Below, piece by piece: positions 10,801 through 23,389 of a stretch of 64,000 nucleotides of DNA. The position numbers and the translations under genes were made by a program. A model generated the notes under the pieces. It searched no databases. It was not told the origin of the DNA and saw only the letters and a list, made by a program, of their open reading frames with translations. The stretch covers positions 930,001 through 994,000 of the forward strand of contig MU057865.1 in assembly GCA_013265495.1 (NCBI GenBank). Reading direction: 5' to 3'. How positions within the stretch are numbered: the stretch's first letter is position 1; each line of letters opens with the position of its first letter. Origin of the DNA: Vicugna vicugna (Eukaryota).

Positions 10801-13341
10801 TCAAAATCCTGAGAGAATGAAGTACCAGTTGGTTAAATTTTGATAGAGTACATAGGGAGGCTGGTTATGGCCGAGGGTGGGGTGAATTTGGGAAGAGAGT
10901 TAACAAAGATTTCAGGATATAAAATTTAAGCTAATTATACATATTTCTCCTTAAAGCCAGCCCTAAGCTTCTTTTACATAGAATTTGGCTACAGATTTAA
11001 AAATTTTTTTTCTTATTACTACGAAGTTGATAAAATTCCAGCCCAGTTGTGACTATCCAATGAATCATGTTGACTGGTTGCTGATGGTTCTCCTTTAAAT
11101 TTTTAAATTAGGTTGATGTTTATTTTCAAGCTAGGATTTTGTTCTTTCCTCCCAAAATAAAATGTTTGAGGAGGAAATTAATTAGTTAAGCATTTCTTCC
11201 TCTCTGTGGTAGGGATGGTTCAGCAGTGGCAGAATGTATATCTTAGGAGAAGTTGTGTACCATCCTGGGGCCGCGTCCTTGTGACAGAAAAGGAAACACC
11301 TTTCAATGCGAAGATAATGACTGTCACAAATAAGGGAAATAGAATGGCAGGGACAATTAACCTGCATTCTCTTTATAATGTTAAGTGCTTCTTCTTGGTT
11401 AAGATTGTTTTATGTCTATAGGCTATTTTGTACACTTTCAAGCTACAATCAGCAGCAATTGTAATTATGAAATTCCTAGCATTGCGTTTGCAGCTACTTG
11501 AAATTTTGATTGCTTATGTTCCAATTGCATCCGTTGCATTGCGTGTACTTCTTTCATTCTTTTTTTTTTTATCCATTAAAGTTTGTTTGTTGCAGAACAT
11601 TTGTGCTGGGGAGAAAAGGGTGGTGGGAAAATAAAATGTCCTCAGAGAAGAGGCACTGATATGGTAGATGGTCCTTATTCAATGAAAAGTGAATCTAGGC
11701 CTAATGACCAGATGGCAGAGCTGAACACAGAAATTCCATATGTGTGATGGCAGCGAGGGACGGCCATTGACATACTTGCTTTTCCAGCCAAATGCCTCGG
11801 CAGATGCAGAGTTTTACACTTTCACATTGCAATATGGCACGAAAACCCAGGAGCAGAGTTAGATGCAAGATTGAAAGCTGATTTAAAGTGGCCGGGTTTA
11901 AATAGGATCTGACCCTATCAGGGTGCAAGCTATGAACAGAAAGTGAGGGGAGATTAGCTGTCTCTGGGATTGCATTTTGGATCTGCTGTTCTCATCACGT
12001 TGTCTAAAGAGGAGCTGAACCTGGTCATGGCAGTTATAGGCTTCTCCCTGTCCCCAAGCCTTGCTAAAATAAAGAAATAAAAATCAAGTATCAAAAATGG
12101 ATTATTAATGGAAAGCAACATTAATGTGCTCTGCCTGGAGTCTGAGAGCTCATAATGCGAGGCATTCTCCAGTTTGAATAAACTGTGAGATATACTTGAA
12201 AATTAACTTTTCATTTAATTGCATTTTAATGGGTGAGGTGCTAGAGGCAGCCGTCTTTGTGGAAAAAGGATTGTGTCCGTGTTGCACTACTCAGAAAGTC
12301 CTAAGGAAAAGTCAGCTAAATAAAGAAAGAAAGAAAGAAAAAAATACCCAAAGACTTTTACTGTTTTAATACATACATTTTTCAGGAGTACTGACAAACA
12401 TCAAAGTTTTTTCGCATCATTAAGCTATGGGTTAGAAATTGATTTGCAACCGCTCTCCTTGGGTATTCATTGTCTTCCATAAGGAAAAGGAAGATGATTG
12501 CCAAAAGCAGCAACAGCAGACTCATTTCCCCAAAGATATCTCAAGCTAAGCAGGGAAATCCATTGTCTTCCGTGCTCTTGGTGTGACGTGCTGTACAGGT
12601 TCATTGAAGGCAATAGTGTGAGTAGTTTACGTCCTATCACACTTGCTTCTGCAATGAGTCCTAGTTGGCAGCCGAGAGTAGGAAAGTCATGTGTGACAAC
12701 TGCCTTCCCCTTTTAACTAACTCCTTCTTTTTTTCCTTTATGAATCAAGACTGCTGTCCACTCACTGAACGTACTTGGTACTTTCACATCACTGCATTTT
12801 TCTTCATGGAATTCCACTGAATGACACAACTACTCTTCCATATTTCATGGTTTTCCAGTTTTTTAAAACATGAGTAAATATGATTATGGTTTCTTGGAGG
12901 ACAGGAATCCAGACTTTAGTTCTTATTTCTCCGTGGTGCCAAGGGCACTGATATTTAATTGGTATTTGTGGAATCAAACTAATGATCAAAAGGCTTACTG
13001 GGTCCATATGACACAGTAAAAAACCTAAGGGAGAGAAGGGAAATGGTGAGAAATAAAGTTGTGTTAGTGTGATGCACATGGTAGGGGGCACTGGGTACAG
13101 TCAGAAGATACAGATCATCTGATGCTGCCTGCAGTAAGTTGGATGCCTACGAGGTAGCAATGCATCCATCATGCCCCTTGCATTGTGCCTAATTCAAGCT
13201 CTATCATCCACAAAAGCTGGTCTGTTGACACTAATGAGCAATTATTTCTGCCTTTTATAACCTCCCAAAATAAATAGTTTAAGATAATAAGCAATAGCAA
13301 GTGAGCTCATAGTAACAATAGCAATAATGAATATTTATGAG

Positions 13342-13810
13342 ATAATAACTGGAAACTTCCCTAACTTGGGAAAGGAAATGGTCACCCAAGTCCAGGCAGT
13401 GCAGAGCTCCACACAGGATCAAACCAAAGAGGAACACACCAAGGCACATAGTCATGAAATTGACACAAATTAAGGATAAGGAGAAAATATTAAAATTAGC
13501 AAGAGAAAAGCAACAAATATCATACAAGGGAACTCCCATAAGGTGATCAGCTGATTTTTCAGCAGAGACTCTACAGACCAGAAGGGCATGGAACGATATA
13601 TTTAGTGATGAAAGAGAAAAACTTGCAACCAAGAATACTCTATCCAGCAAGGCTCTCATTCAGATTTGATGGAGAAATCAAAAGCTTTGCAGATAAACAA
13701 AAGCTAAAAGAATTCAATTCCACCAAACCAGCTTTACAAAAATTGTTGAAGGAACTTCTCTAGTCATCAAACCATAAGAAAAGAGAACAAAAAGAAGAAA
13801 GGGAAAAAAA
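13342..13810 (+). mobile_element. 5'-truncated L1 containing only the 3' half of ORF1 plus a short A-rich spacer, with 16-bp TSD
   Basis: L1 ORF1 motifs (tacaagggaactcccataagg = YKGTPIR); stop TAG at 13761-13763; TSD AATGAATATTTATGAG at 13326-13341 and 13811-13826. Confidence 0.92.
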
Positions 13811-13826
13811 AATGAATATTTATGAG

Positions 13827-14060
13827 CATGTGCTACATGCCAGAAATTGCATTGAAATATCTTATCTCATTTAATTTTCTCAACAATTCTATTTGATAGA
13901 TATTACAATTTTCTTTGTGTTTGGAGATTAAAAAAGCTTACTTTTAAGGGATATATATGATTAAGTAATCTCTCTGAGGTTGCATGCAGATCTGGTAAGC
14001 AATAATGCTGAGAATTAAAGCTTGTTTTATTTAATTCTAGAACTCAAATCTTAATTGCTA
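13827..14060 (-). mobile_element. MIR interrupted by the L1 insertion
   Basis: Removing the L1 restores aataatgaatatttatgagcatgtgctacatgccag...tctcatttaatt, which is MIR-like. Confidence 0.6.
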
Positions 14061-15199
14061 TGGTATTACACAAAAAGAAGAAAAAAAATCATTGGACACT
14101 TCTGACCAAATTTGTGTTGGAGTCTCTTTAGGTTAATATTCATAGCCTGTCTTAGTCTATTTAGGCTGATGCTCAAGGCCTTCTAAGTCACATGAACATA
14201 ATCAAACACTTGTAGTATTAGCTCCAGATCATGGCCTCAGCACATTTCAACATGTATTTGTTTTCGTAAGCCGTTTTCCCTACTTGAGGTTTTCTTATCC
14301 CCTCTCTCACCATATAGTTGATTTTTGCCTGTTTCTCAAGATTCAACTCAATTTCCAAATCCACATAGAAACTTTCTCTGACCTCTTAAGCCCAGAATGA
14401 TCAATTTATCTGAAGTAGCTTTAAATCTGTCCACCTCCCTTGACCTTCCCAGCAACTACCCTAATCAATATTGCCATAATTTCTCACCTAGACCACTACA
14501 AACACCCCTTAATTGGGCACACTGCTTCCACACTGTCTTTTCTCATTTTGATGCATTATCTATTCTTTTTCCAAAATGATCTTTTCATGCTACATCACCG
14601 ACACTACAGTCACATACTAGTGGGTTCCTACTGCCTTTATCCTTTAGGGTAAAGACTTACATCACTCACCTAGGCTATATCCCCTGGCTCCTGAGTAACC
14701 TTCTGGGTTCAGCTGCCCTGGGGATAACCTCCCACTCACTGTGTCACACACACTGGCTCTCTTTCCTTACCTCTTCCCGCTCTCCTCTCCATCACTTATC
14801 CCAAGACCGTACACAAGCTGTTCACTGTCCCTCAATTCGTTCCACTTCTGCTCAGTTGACTCATGAGCATCCTTCAAATTCAGAACACTTTGAGTATTAA
14901 AAAATTACAAAACAAAACAAAAACAAACAAACAAAGCAAACCTCAAACCCATGTGCTAACTTTTGGTCAAAAACTGAAGCCAGTGGTTAACATTGAAAGT
15001 ATTTTCCAACTTGAGTTAAATTAATCATGCTTTTAGTAAGTTGCCCAATGTTTTAGAGGGAACACTGAGAATCAGCAGCTTTCTGCCTCCTTGGAGGGAT
15101 ACATCGGCACCAGAACTCATACTATTAGAGTGTACTGCTTGATTCTTTATTCTCTAACCCTGCTTGTTGCCTGCAACAGTATCTGATATCTCAGATGCT

Positions 15200-15745
15200 C
15201 TTCTTACCCTGTGACCTTGACATTCCTCCCATTCAGTGATGGGGTCTCTAACCCATTTCATTGATCCTGGGCAGAGTTCTGTGACTGCTTTAACCAGGAG
15301 AGTACAGTGAAGGTAAAGGTCATGCTCTGTGGCATTAAATCAACCAAACACCTATATATTATTATCTTCAAAACATGGATTGAATGCATGAATAAATGGC
15401 ATACATTTCTCCCTTGCTCTTTCGGGCCTTTCACTCTTGGGACCCAGCTCCCCTTGCTGTGAATAGACCCCCAGAAAATTTATGTGGAGAGGCCACAAGT
15501 AAGAGTTCCAGCTTGCAGCCCAGCTAAGGTTCCTGCTGAAGACCAGCATCAACCACTAGATATATGAATAAGGATGCTGCCTAATGATTCCTGCCTCCAG
15601 CCATTGAGTTATCCCACCAACATAATGGGGGCATTAGATTAGCCAGCACCCTTGAGTCCTGCCTGAATTCTCTACAGAATTTGTGAGCATAATAAAATGG
15701 TTTTACATCAGTTATTTTTGAACTGCTTTGTTATGTAGTGGTAGC
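15200..15745 (+). mobile_element. Old MaLR LTR (MLT1 family)
   Basis: gtgactgctttaacc...cagcatcaaccactagatat...gaatttgtgagcataataaaatgg. Confidence 0.7.
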
Positions 15746-15989
15746 AGCATTGTCCAACATAATGGTGATCCCTGAATTCACTGTCCTCCTTCAAACAGAT
15801 CAAAATCACAAGATTCCAAAGGAGCACACGCCATGGGCCCAGAAGCTGATGACAGTGATTTCAGTATAAAAGATAGTTTCTGAAAATTCCCTCATCTAAT
15901 ATTATATTTTCCTTTAATATTTTTTTTCCTCTTCTGTGATGTCTTTTCTATGTAGCTGCTCTGTTAATATAGACCTAGAGCCAGGTTCC

Positions 15990-16628
15990 AGTTGAGAAGT
16001 CCTGGCAGGCCCATGATGGGGTCCAGGATAAAGGAGCATGGATTTGATATTTTATGTCAGCTTCACTTTAGGGAGGAAGGCTGGTTATCCTGAGATGGGA
16101 AGCCCCATAAATAAGACTAGCAGGACCCGCAGGCAGGGCCACTACTCTCCTGCCATCCAGTTCCCTGGGCCAGCAGCTTTATCTCACTTTTTGCTTCTGA
16201 AACAGCTTACTTCAAGCAAAGTGGAACTTACCCCTAAAATTCTATTGATTCCCTGAGCTAACTCCTGAGTGGTCCATTTGTAGTGCTTCATTTGCTTGGA
16301 GCTCACTCCTGATTGGTTATTTCTCTCACTCCTGATTAGTCCATTTCCCTCACTCCCGATTGGTCCATTTCTACAAAGCTTGTTCCTAATTAGTCACCTT
16401 TGTTTTACCTTATTTGCATATGATGTTGCAAAATGTTGCAAAGTCTAGACTGGTAGCCTATAAAAACCTTTGCAAACCTACAGACGGTGTCCAGAGCTTG
16501 GAGTGTTAACTCCTCTGGGCCCGCTGGAGTAATAAATCTAAGTTCTCCAACTCTCTGAGTGCTGCTTGGTCTCTTGCCCGGATCCAGGTTGCTGTCACCA
16601 CTGAGCTGTAACACACTTTTCTGCAACA
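15990..16628 (+). mobile_element. Solo LTR, ERV1-like, with CCAAT repeats, octamer, TATA box and poly(A) signal
   Basis: Ends ttctgcaaca; start agttgagaa is an imperfect inverted repeat; near-TSD TTCC/ATCC; TATAAAA 16459-16465; AATAAA 16531-16536. Confidence 0.8.
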
Positions 16629-16759
16629 ATCCTTGAGATCTTTTTTCTTTTCCTGCTCTCCACTTACCATGAAAATTGTTTATCTTTAAAATCAGCTTTT
16701 TGTTAGTTAGATGACTACAGTTAACTTGCTCTGGAATTTAAAACAGAATTATTGGCTAA

Positions 16760-17125
16760 TATTGTCCTAATTTGGGCTGATACAAAGAATGGCAGGCTGG
16801 GTGGCTTGTAAACAACAGAAACCTATTTCTCACAGCTCTGAAGGCTGGAAGGCTGAGATCGGGGGGCCAGCATGGTCTAGATCTGGTGAAGACCCTCTTC
16901 TGGTTGAAAACTGTTGTCTTCTCCTCGCCTGGCAGAAAGTGGGCATGGGAGCTATTTGGGATCTCCCTTATAAAGGCACTAATCTCATTCATGAGGGCTC
17001 CACCCTCATTATGTAATCACTTCCCAAAGCCCCACTTCCTAATGCCACCACTTTCAGGGTGGAGATTTCAACACATGAATTTCAACATATGAGCAGGGGA
17101 GGTGGCACACATTAAGTCCACAACA
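16760..17125 (-). mobile_element. MaLR LTR (MLT1A-like)
   Basis: ggctgggtggcttgtaaacaacagaaacctatttctcacagctctg...ggcactaatctcattcatgagggctccaccctcat. Confidence 0.88.
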
Positions 17126-18669
17126 AACATGCATGTTTGTATTAATATGTTTATTTATCTGGAGTATCTTTCCTAACGTAAATTCCTCTCAAACCTGCAG
17201 CCGAGGCGGGCAGATGGACTTCCACTGGTCAAGGATTCAGAGAGTCTGTTTTCTGACTTTCACCTTCTTGAAAACACATTTAAGATTACACTGTTCCTGT
17301 ATGTCTGCTTTTGCACACAGCCACCATTCTTCTTTAAGCTTTATTTACATTTTGTAACTAGGATACTGGAAACAATAAATAAGTTCTGTCTCTACATTTC
17401 ATTTCATTTTGTCATATGACAGAAATCAAGGTTACATTAAAAAAAATGATTAAAGGCCTAGGAGTAGAAATAACCTGAGGTAAAATTCTGGTTTTGCCCC
17501 TTGTAAGGTAGATAATTTAAATCAAATTTTTAACCACACAGGAGACTGACCTTCATCATCTGTAATATGTTGTGAAAAAACAGTGCCAAAATTATAGGGT
17601 TGTTGGAAACCCTATAAGTTTAGAAAAGTGTCTTAAACACAGTAAAAGAGGACTAGTCATTTAGGAAAACATAGGATGTGTGCAGATCAAGAGGTAAGAA
17701 TACATGTGGGTTATATGTAAAAGAGTAATAATTATGGTCAGTATACATGCAATAACTGTGCTAAGAATATAAAAATTAATTCTATGGTTTTCCTACCTAT
17801 TAAGGTTCAAGAATTTCAATCCTAAGAGACAGACTTTATGGTGGAAGTGTAAGACAAGTGTACATTGTAGATTTTAGATTTGAACACTTTGATTTGAGAT
17901 CTCATTGATTCATCTACATAGAATTGATGAGAAAGAATTGAAAGTTCCTTCTCATCAGTTCTCTGCTAGAGTTCCTCTGCTTTTTTCACTGCAGCTGAAG
18001 AATGTATTTAACTACTAAACATTCGTTGCATTAATTACAACTATTTGTGTTCTGTGCTTGACTCGTGCCTTGGTTTACAAACTACATAGAAAATGATGGG
18101 AGGCGAGATTATGTTTTCTTTGTTACATCTGCCACAGCACTTTAAATTTTGTGAATACTTGTGTCAAGAAAAGTCATCCAAAGCTTGGATATATGGCCAA
18201 AAAAGAAGTGAGCTTTATTTTCAGGGTCATTCTGGGGGCACACTCTCATAAAGATTATTTAATTCTCTAAGAAAATGTACCTGCATTTAACTTTGCTTTT
18301 TATCATTTAATTAAAGTCCAAACACTTTGAAGTTATATATTTGCTTGTAGGTTCTGTCTGATAGAAAAGGGGGATTTAAAGATAATTGCCCTATAAGACA
18401 CTAATAAATTTTTTATTTAATCTAGCAATTTCATTTCTAATATTTATTTTTAAAATTACCTATAATATACTGTTCCTCAAATGCACTTGGAACCAGCTTT
18501 ATCAGCTTACTGATTTCTTTATTAGTGACTTAAGAAATCTTTGACATATTCACTCTATATTTGTACTGGAGTCATATTTTTGACCTTTGAAAATCATGTT
18601 CTGACTATTATGATTTTTACATAAACCAAGATTTTAAAAAGTATTGTAGATTATTGACAATAGCCATAT

Positions 18670-20650
18670 ACCAATGGCTATAAATTTTCCTCTAAGCACA
18701 TTTTTAACTGCATTTTTTGAGCCTTAGAATTTTCATCGTTATTATTCAGATACAAATATATTCTAATTTTTATTTTGATTTCTTCAATAGAACCATGAAC
18801 TCTCAAGAAGTCCATATTTCTTGGACTTTGAAAACTCCCGTTTCTTAATTTCCGTACATGGAGTGATTCTGTAGTTCTTTTTTATTATTGATTTCTAGAT
18901 AAACTGCATTGGGGTCACAGAATGAACTCTGAATGATCTCAATCACTTTAATCTTGTGGGGACTGATTTTATTCTCCAATGTATGTTTTAATTTTAGAAT
19001 AATTTCTTGTGTACATAAGAATGCATAATTTACAGCTACAGATCATGCATTAAATTCTAATTATATGTTAATTTTAAAGTAATTGTATTTTTGTTTTATT
19101 AGGTCAGTATTTAGTATAATTTACCAGTTCCTTGTTCTGTTTGCATTTCAAGCTATCCATTTGAAATGATTTTTCTTCTGCCAAAAGAAACCTTTTCAGC
19201 ATTTTCTTAAGTGCATTTCTGATAATGTGTTTTCAGTTTTTTTCCCTATGTTTTATTTTCCTTTACTCTGAAAGTGTAAGTTATACTGGATTTAAAATTC
19301 TAAGTTTGAAGTATTTTTTAAAATGTTTTAAATATATTTCATTATATTTTCGCTTCTGTTGTTTCTGTTTAGAAGTTAGATGTCAGCTTAAGGATGCTGT
19401 TTGGGAAGTATTTTTTTTTTTCCTCTGCTGATTTTAAGATTTCCTATTTGTGTTTAGTTTTAAACAATTAACACTTATGAGCTTAGACCCGGATTTATAT
19501 CTTGCTTAATTTTTTTATGATTTCTTGTGTGTGTAGCTTGCCATCTTTCACCAGTTTTGGAAATTAGGAGCCGTTATATCCCATCTTGATATGACTTTTG
19601 TGTATTGCTATGTTACTTTTGTCTCACTCTCTCTCCTCTTCTACAACTCCAGGTACAAATAAATAAGACTTTCTTGCTGCCTTCTCAATCTATTTTGTAG
19701 TACATTTCCTACCCTATGATTTTTCTCTATTACTTAGGTATTATCTTCTGGTTCATTAATTATTTCTTCAGCTGTATCTAATTTGCTGTTAAATTCATTC
19801 CTTGAGTTTCTGTTTTCAGTTTTTGCATTTTTTAGTTTCAGAATTTAAAAAATGTTAAATATCCAGTTCTCTGAAAAACATTCTCCATCTTTCTTTGAGT
19901 AGGGGCAGATATTTTAAAGATTATGACTAATAACTCCAATATCTAGACCATATGGAAATACTTTATTATAGACTTTTTTTCTCAATGAAAAGTCCACATT
20001 TTATTTCTATATCTCCAAATGAGTCTTGCTATAGCTTGTTAATTGTATGCTGGAGGTGATATTAGGAAAAGCATTTATGGATATACTGACACTTAAAATG
20101 ATGTTTTTCTCCAAAGATTATTTACTTTTCCTTCTAGTAGGTGCCTGGGCCCACTAGAAATCCAAGACTACCTTTGTCCGATTTGAGGAGGTGAGGTATA
20201 TGAAACAGCTGCAGTCTGTAAAAGGGCCTTTCTATGTTTGAGATTTATAATTATTTTTCATTTAATTTCATCAGTTAAAGCTATGCCACTCTTTTGTGCA
20301 ATCCCAATTCAAAAGACATGTCATCAAACCCTCCTTGAAGTGCCCTGTGTGTCAATATTTATATTTCTAGCCTCTCTGAGATATTGAAAGTGCCACTCTA
20401 CTGCCCAGGTTCCAGCTCTGGAACCTACAATCTCCTACAGGAAGAGCAGACTCAAGTACTAGGATCAAACACCTCATTTGCTCCCATTCTTCCTTCTTTC
20501 CAGATTTGTGCTTTAAATACACACACACACACACAGACACACCACATACACATGCCAAATACATTTAAATTGTGTTCAGTATTTCTAGTTATAGTCAGTT
20601 GGATTATTGCTCTGAATTGCCTAGTCTGCCACTACTAGAAAGGAAATTTT
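18670..20650 (-). mobile_element. Old L1M fragments (ORF2 start, ORF1 and 5' region, antisense)
   Basis: gctataaattttcctctaagcac...; tcttcagctgtatctaatttgctgttaaa; T-rich antisense L1 composition. Confidence 0.7.
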
Positions 20651-22289
20651 CCTCTCCTCACTTTTCCAAAAATTTTGTATCTGATCAATTGCACTCTCTA
20701 AAAATCAGAAACTCAATCTAAATTCCATAAGCTCCCAAAGTAAATATCACAAAGTGCACACACTCATTTCTTTCATTCACAGTCGATTGACTTCAGATCA
20801 TGATGTGAGTCAAAGGTTATTTACTCTAGTGTCACACACGCATGTAACAAATTTGCAATCTTGTTTTCTAGTCTATGAAGCAGAGCAACAAATTCAGTAG
20901 GGGAAATGAGAAGCAGAGTGGCTTCGTTAGAAGTAAACGTAATACTTGCATCTTGAAGTAGTGATTGTCAAGGAAGAATTAGTTAAAATTCAAAAGAATT
21001 GCCAAAATTCAAAATATGTAACAATGAAAGGAAAAACAGTCATTCCTACCTCAATACCATCTAAGAGCAGTAATGTGCAATAATGGAAATGATAACATCT
21101 CTTTGCCCTGCATTGAAATACCAAATGTTGCTTAGTGAGTTCTACTTTTAAAAGAGAATAGATTTGTGATGAATTTAGTATGAATGTCATTATTAATTTC
21201 CAAATTTATATTGGCAAATTTCGTTTATATTCACCTATATGAGCAACTCTTTTTATGATTGATATTGGAAAAAAAACTTTCTTTCCCCTCCACCCAATTA
21301 CCTTCTTACACTTCCAACAGTAACTAATCCTTCAGCATCCATGTTTGTATATTAGCTGTAATAAAACAATTTAGTTCCTGTATATGCTGCAGCTATATTT
21401 TAAATCTTCAACTATTCTTGAAGTTGGAATACATTTTTTCAAGACCGTTTTCACTTTATAACAACTAGCACTGAGCTGTTTTCAGTGCACAGAGAGGAAG
21501 GAAATTCTTGCTGATATGGCAAATCTCTTTTTCTGCTGAGTCTTTTATCCATGTTGGCCAGTGGTACATATTGGAGTCTCTAAATTATTACTTTTCTGTT
21601 CATATAACCATGATGTATAACAAATTGAACATCAAGTTGAATGAATGTACTTACTTCCTAAACTTACTTATTTATTTAGACTGCTAAACTAAACCAACAG
21701 AGTACTTTATCTGACCTCAACTAAACTCCTGGGGAACTGGATATATTTCTAAACAGATGGGAATTTGGCCAAGAAACACCAGTCTGCTCTACCAAGCAAA
21801 TTTATAAATGGAAATGTAAAAGAAAAAAGAAATGGAAGGTAAGAATAATATTTGCAAGCCCAGCATATTTTGCTAGCATAGACCAGTAGTCATCCATGCT
21901 TCAAGAAGTTGGCCTCAGCAATGGTGTGTCACCTTTTCCTCCTATGAAGAAAGACCATTTTGTACTTGAGATTGCCTAAAAACTGTAGCACAAGTGCTGG
22001 GAATAATATTATATAATATGACTACAGTATTTTGAAAAAGACCTTTGAGATTTTAATTTTTCCCTTCCATTTTATTGAGTTTAAAAACTATTATTTTGAG
22101 AAACTTAAGCAAGACTACAATCCCAGTTAAAAAGCTGTATATTTTTAAAAGCCTAACTAAATGTATCTAATCCTCACCTTCAATCCCTAAATACTACATC
22201 ATCTTAAAACATACCTGCATTTCAAGTTGGAAGGGTAGACAACTTCAAAATATCTATTATGAGGATTGTGTGAGGATTGCTAATGATAT

Positions 22290-23250
22290 TTACTGCCCAA
22301 CCACCAAGGATGCTAGTTACCTTGCAATGTTTATAACAGTCACTTATAAGAAAAGAAAGAATCAAACAAAACCCCAAATTGCTAGATGATGAAACAAGAC
22401 TTTGGAAATAAAGAAATGAAGGGATTCAAGAAATTTCAGAACATGGAATCCATGGGAGAAAATTATGGGCATTGAAATGTCTTGAGTACTGAAGGGGTGG
22501 AACACGTGTTTCTGGGGACAAAAAAACAGATCAAAAGGCATGGAACTGAAGGCTGAGCTGCAAGTGTATTGAAGACAAAACTGTTGCTCAGGGCTGACTT
22601 TGCTTCCTAGAATTTGTAGGAAGGTTACGAGTTTGGATTTTAAAAGGTTTTTTTTTCCTGCCTAAAACAGAAATAAAGTTAGAGAGTGTGTGAGATCTAA
22701 GTGGAATTTCTACTTACTGACAATGCCTGCAAAAGTAAATTCTAATTCTGGATGAACTGTTGGGGAAGTTTCTGCCTTTAGATAACTAGTTTTCTCTTAG
22801 TGACAGTAGCAAATTCTGTTATCCCAAAGGTAGAATACCTCTATCCTGAAGCAATGAGTCTGGTTCCTGGGAACCTTGGGACCAGAATTCTATGAACTTT
22901 AAGGGCTTAAATATGTCACCTGGGGTGTACCTTTCCCAGTAATAGCAGGCTAGATGTCCTGCACTGTGATTCTTGTTTAAGCAACTAGAAATGCTCAACA
23001 AAATATTAAGAGTTAATCTGGAAAACACATTAGGGAACATCCAAAGTGGTGACTATTTGGGGATCTGGTATCTTGGAGAAATGTAAACCCAGAAAGGTGA
23101 GCCTAGCTTTTGGCATTCTCTTTTTTCTTCAGTCATTTTTCTTATTCCTAAAGCTACAGCTGAGTGTCCAAGGAAACTGAACAGGGTTTTCTGCAGACTC
23201 ATGGGGACCAAAATTGGAATTCGGGTCTCCCATGGAGTTACTTTTGAAAA
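22290..23250 (+). mobile_element. Possible old L1 5'-region remnant
   Basis: Resemblance only (gtgagcctagcttt...ggaaactgaacaggg). Confidence 0.35.
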
Positions 23251-23389
23251 TAATTTGTCACACTTTCTGATAATTACTTGATTTTCCTTTTCCTCTCAGT
23301 TGGATTGAAAGTGTATGAAATAATTAAATTTCTGATAGTTTTTTATTTTATTCTTTTGACTTACTCCTATACTTAAAAATTCTTCCTAA

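Noticed and set aside
13279..13659. 126-aa hydrophobic minus-strand ORF
   Set aside because: Antisense reading of L1 ORF1
16261..16400. Periodic 23-24-bp repeats as a CRISPR-like array
   Set aside because: No unique spacers, eukaryotic context; these are LTR U3 enhancer repeats
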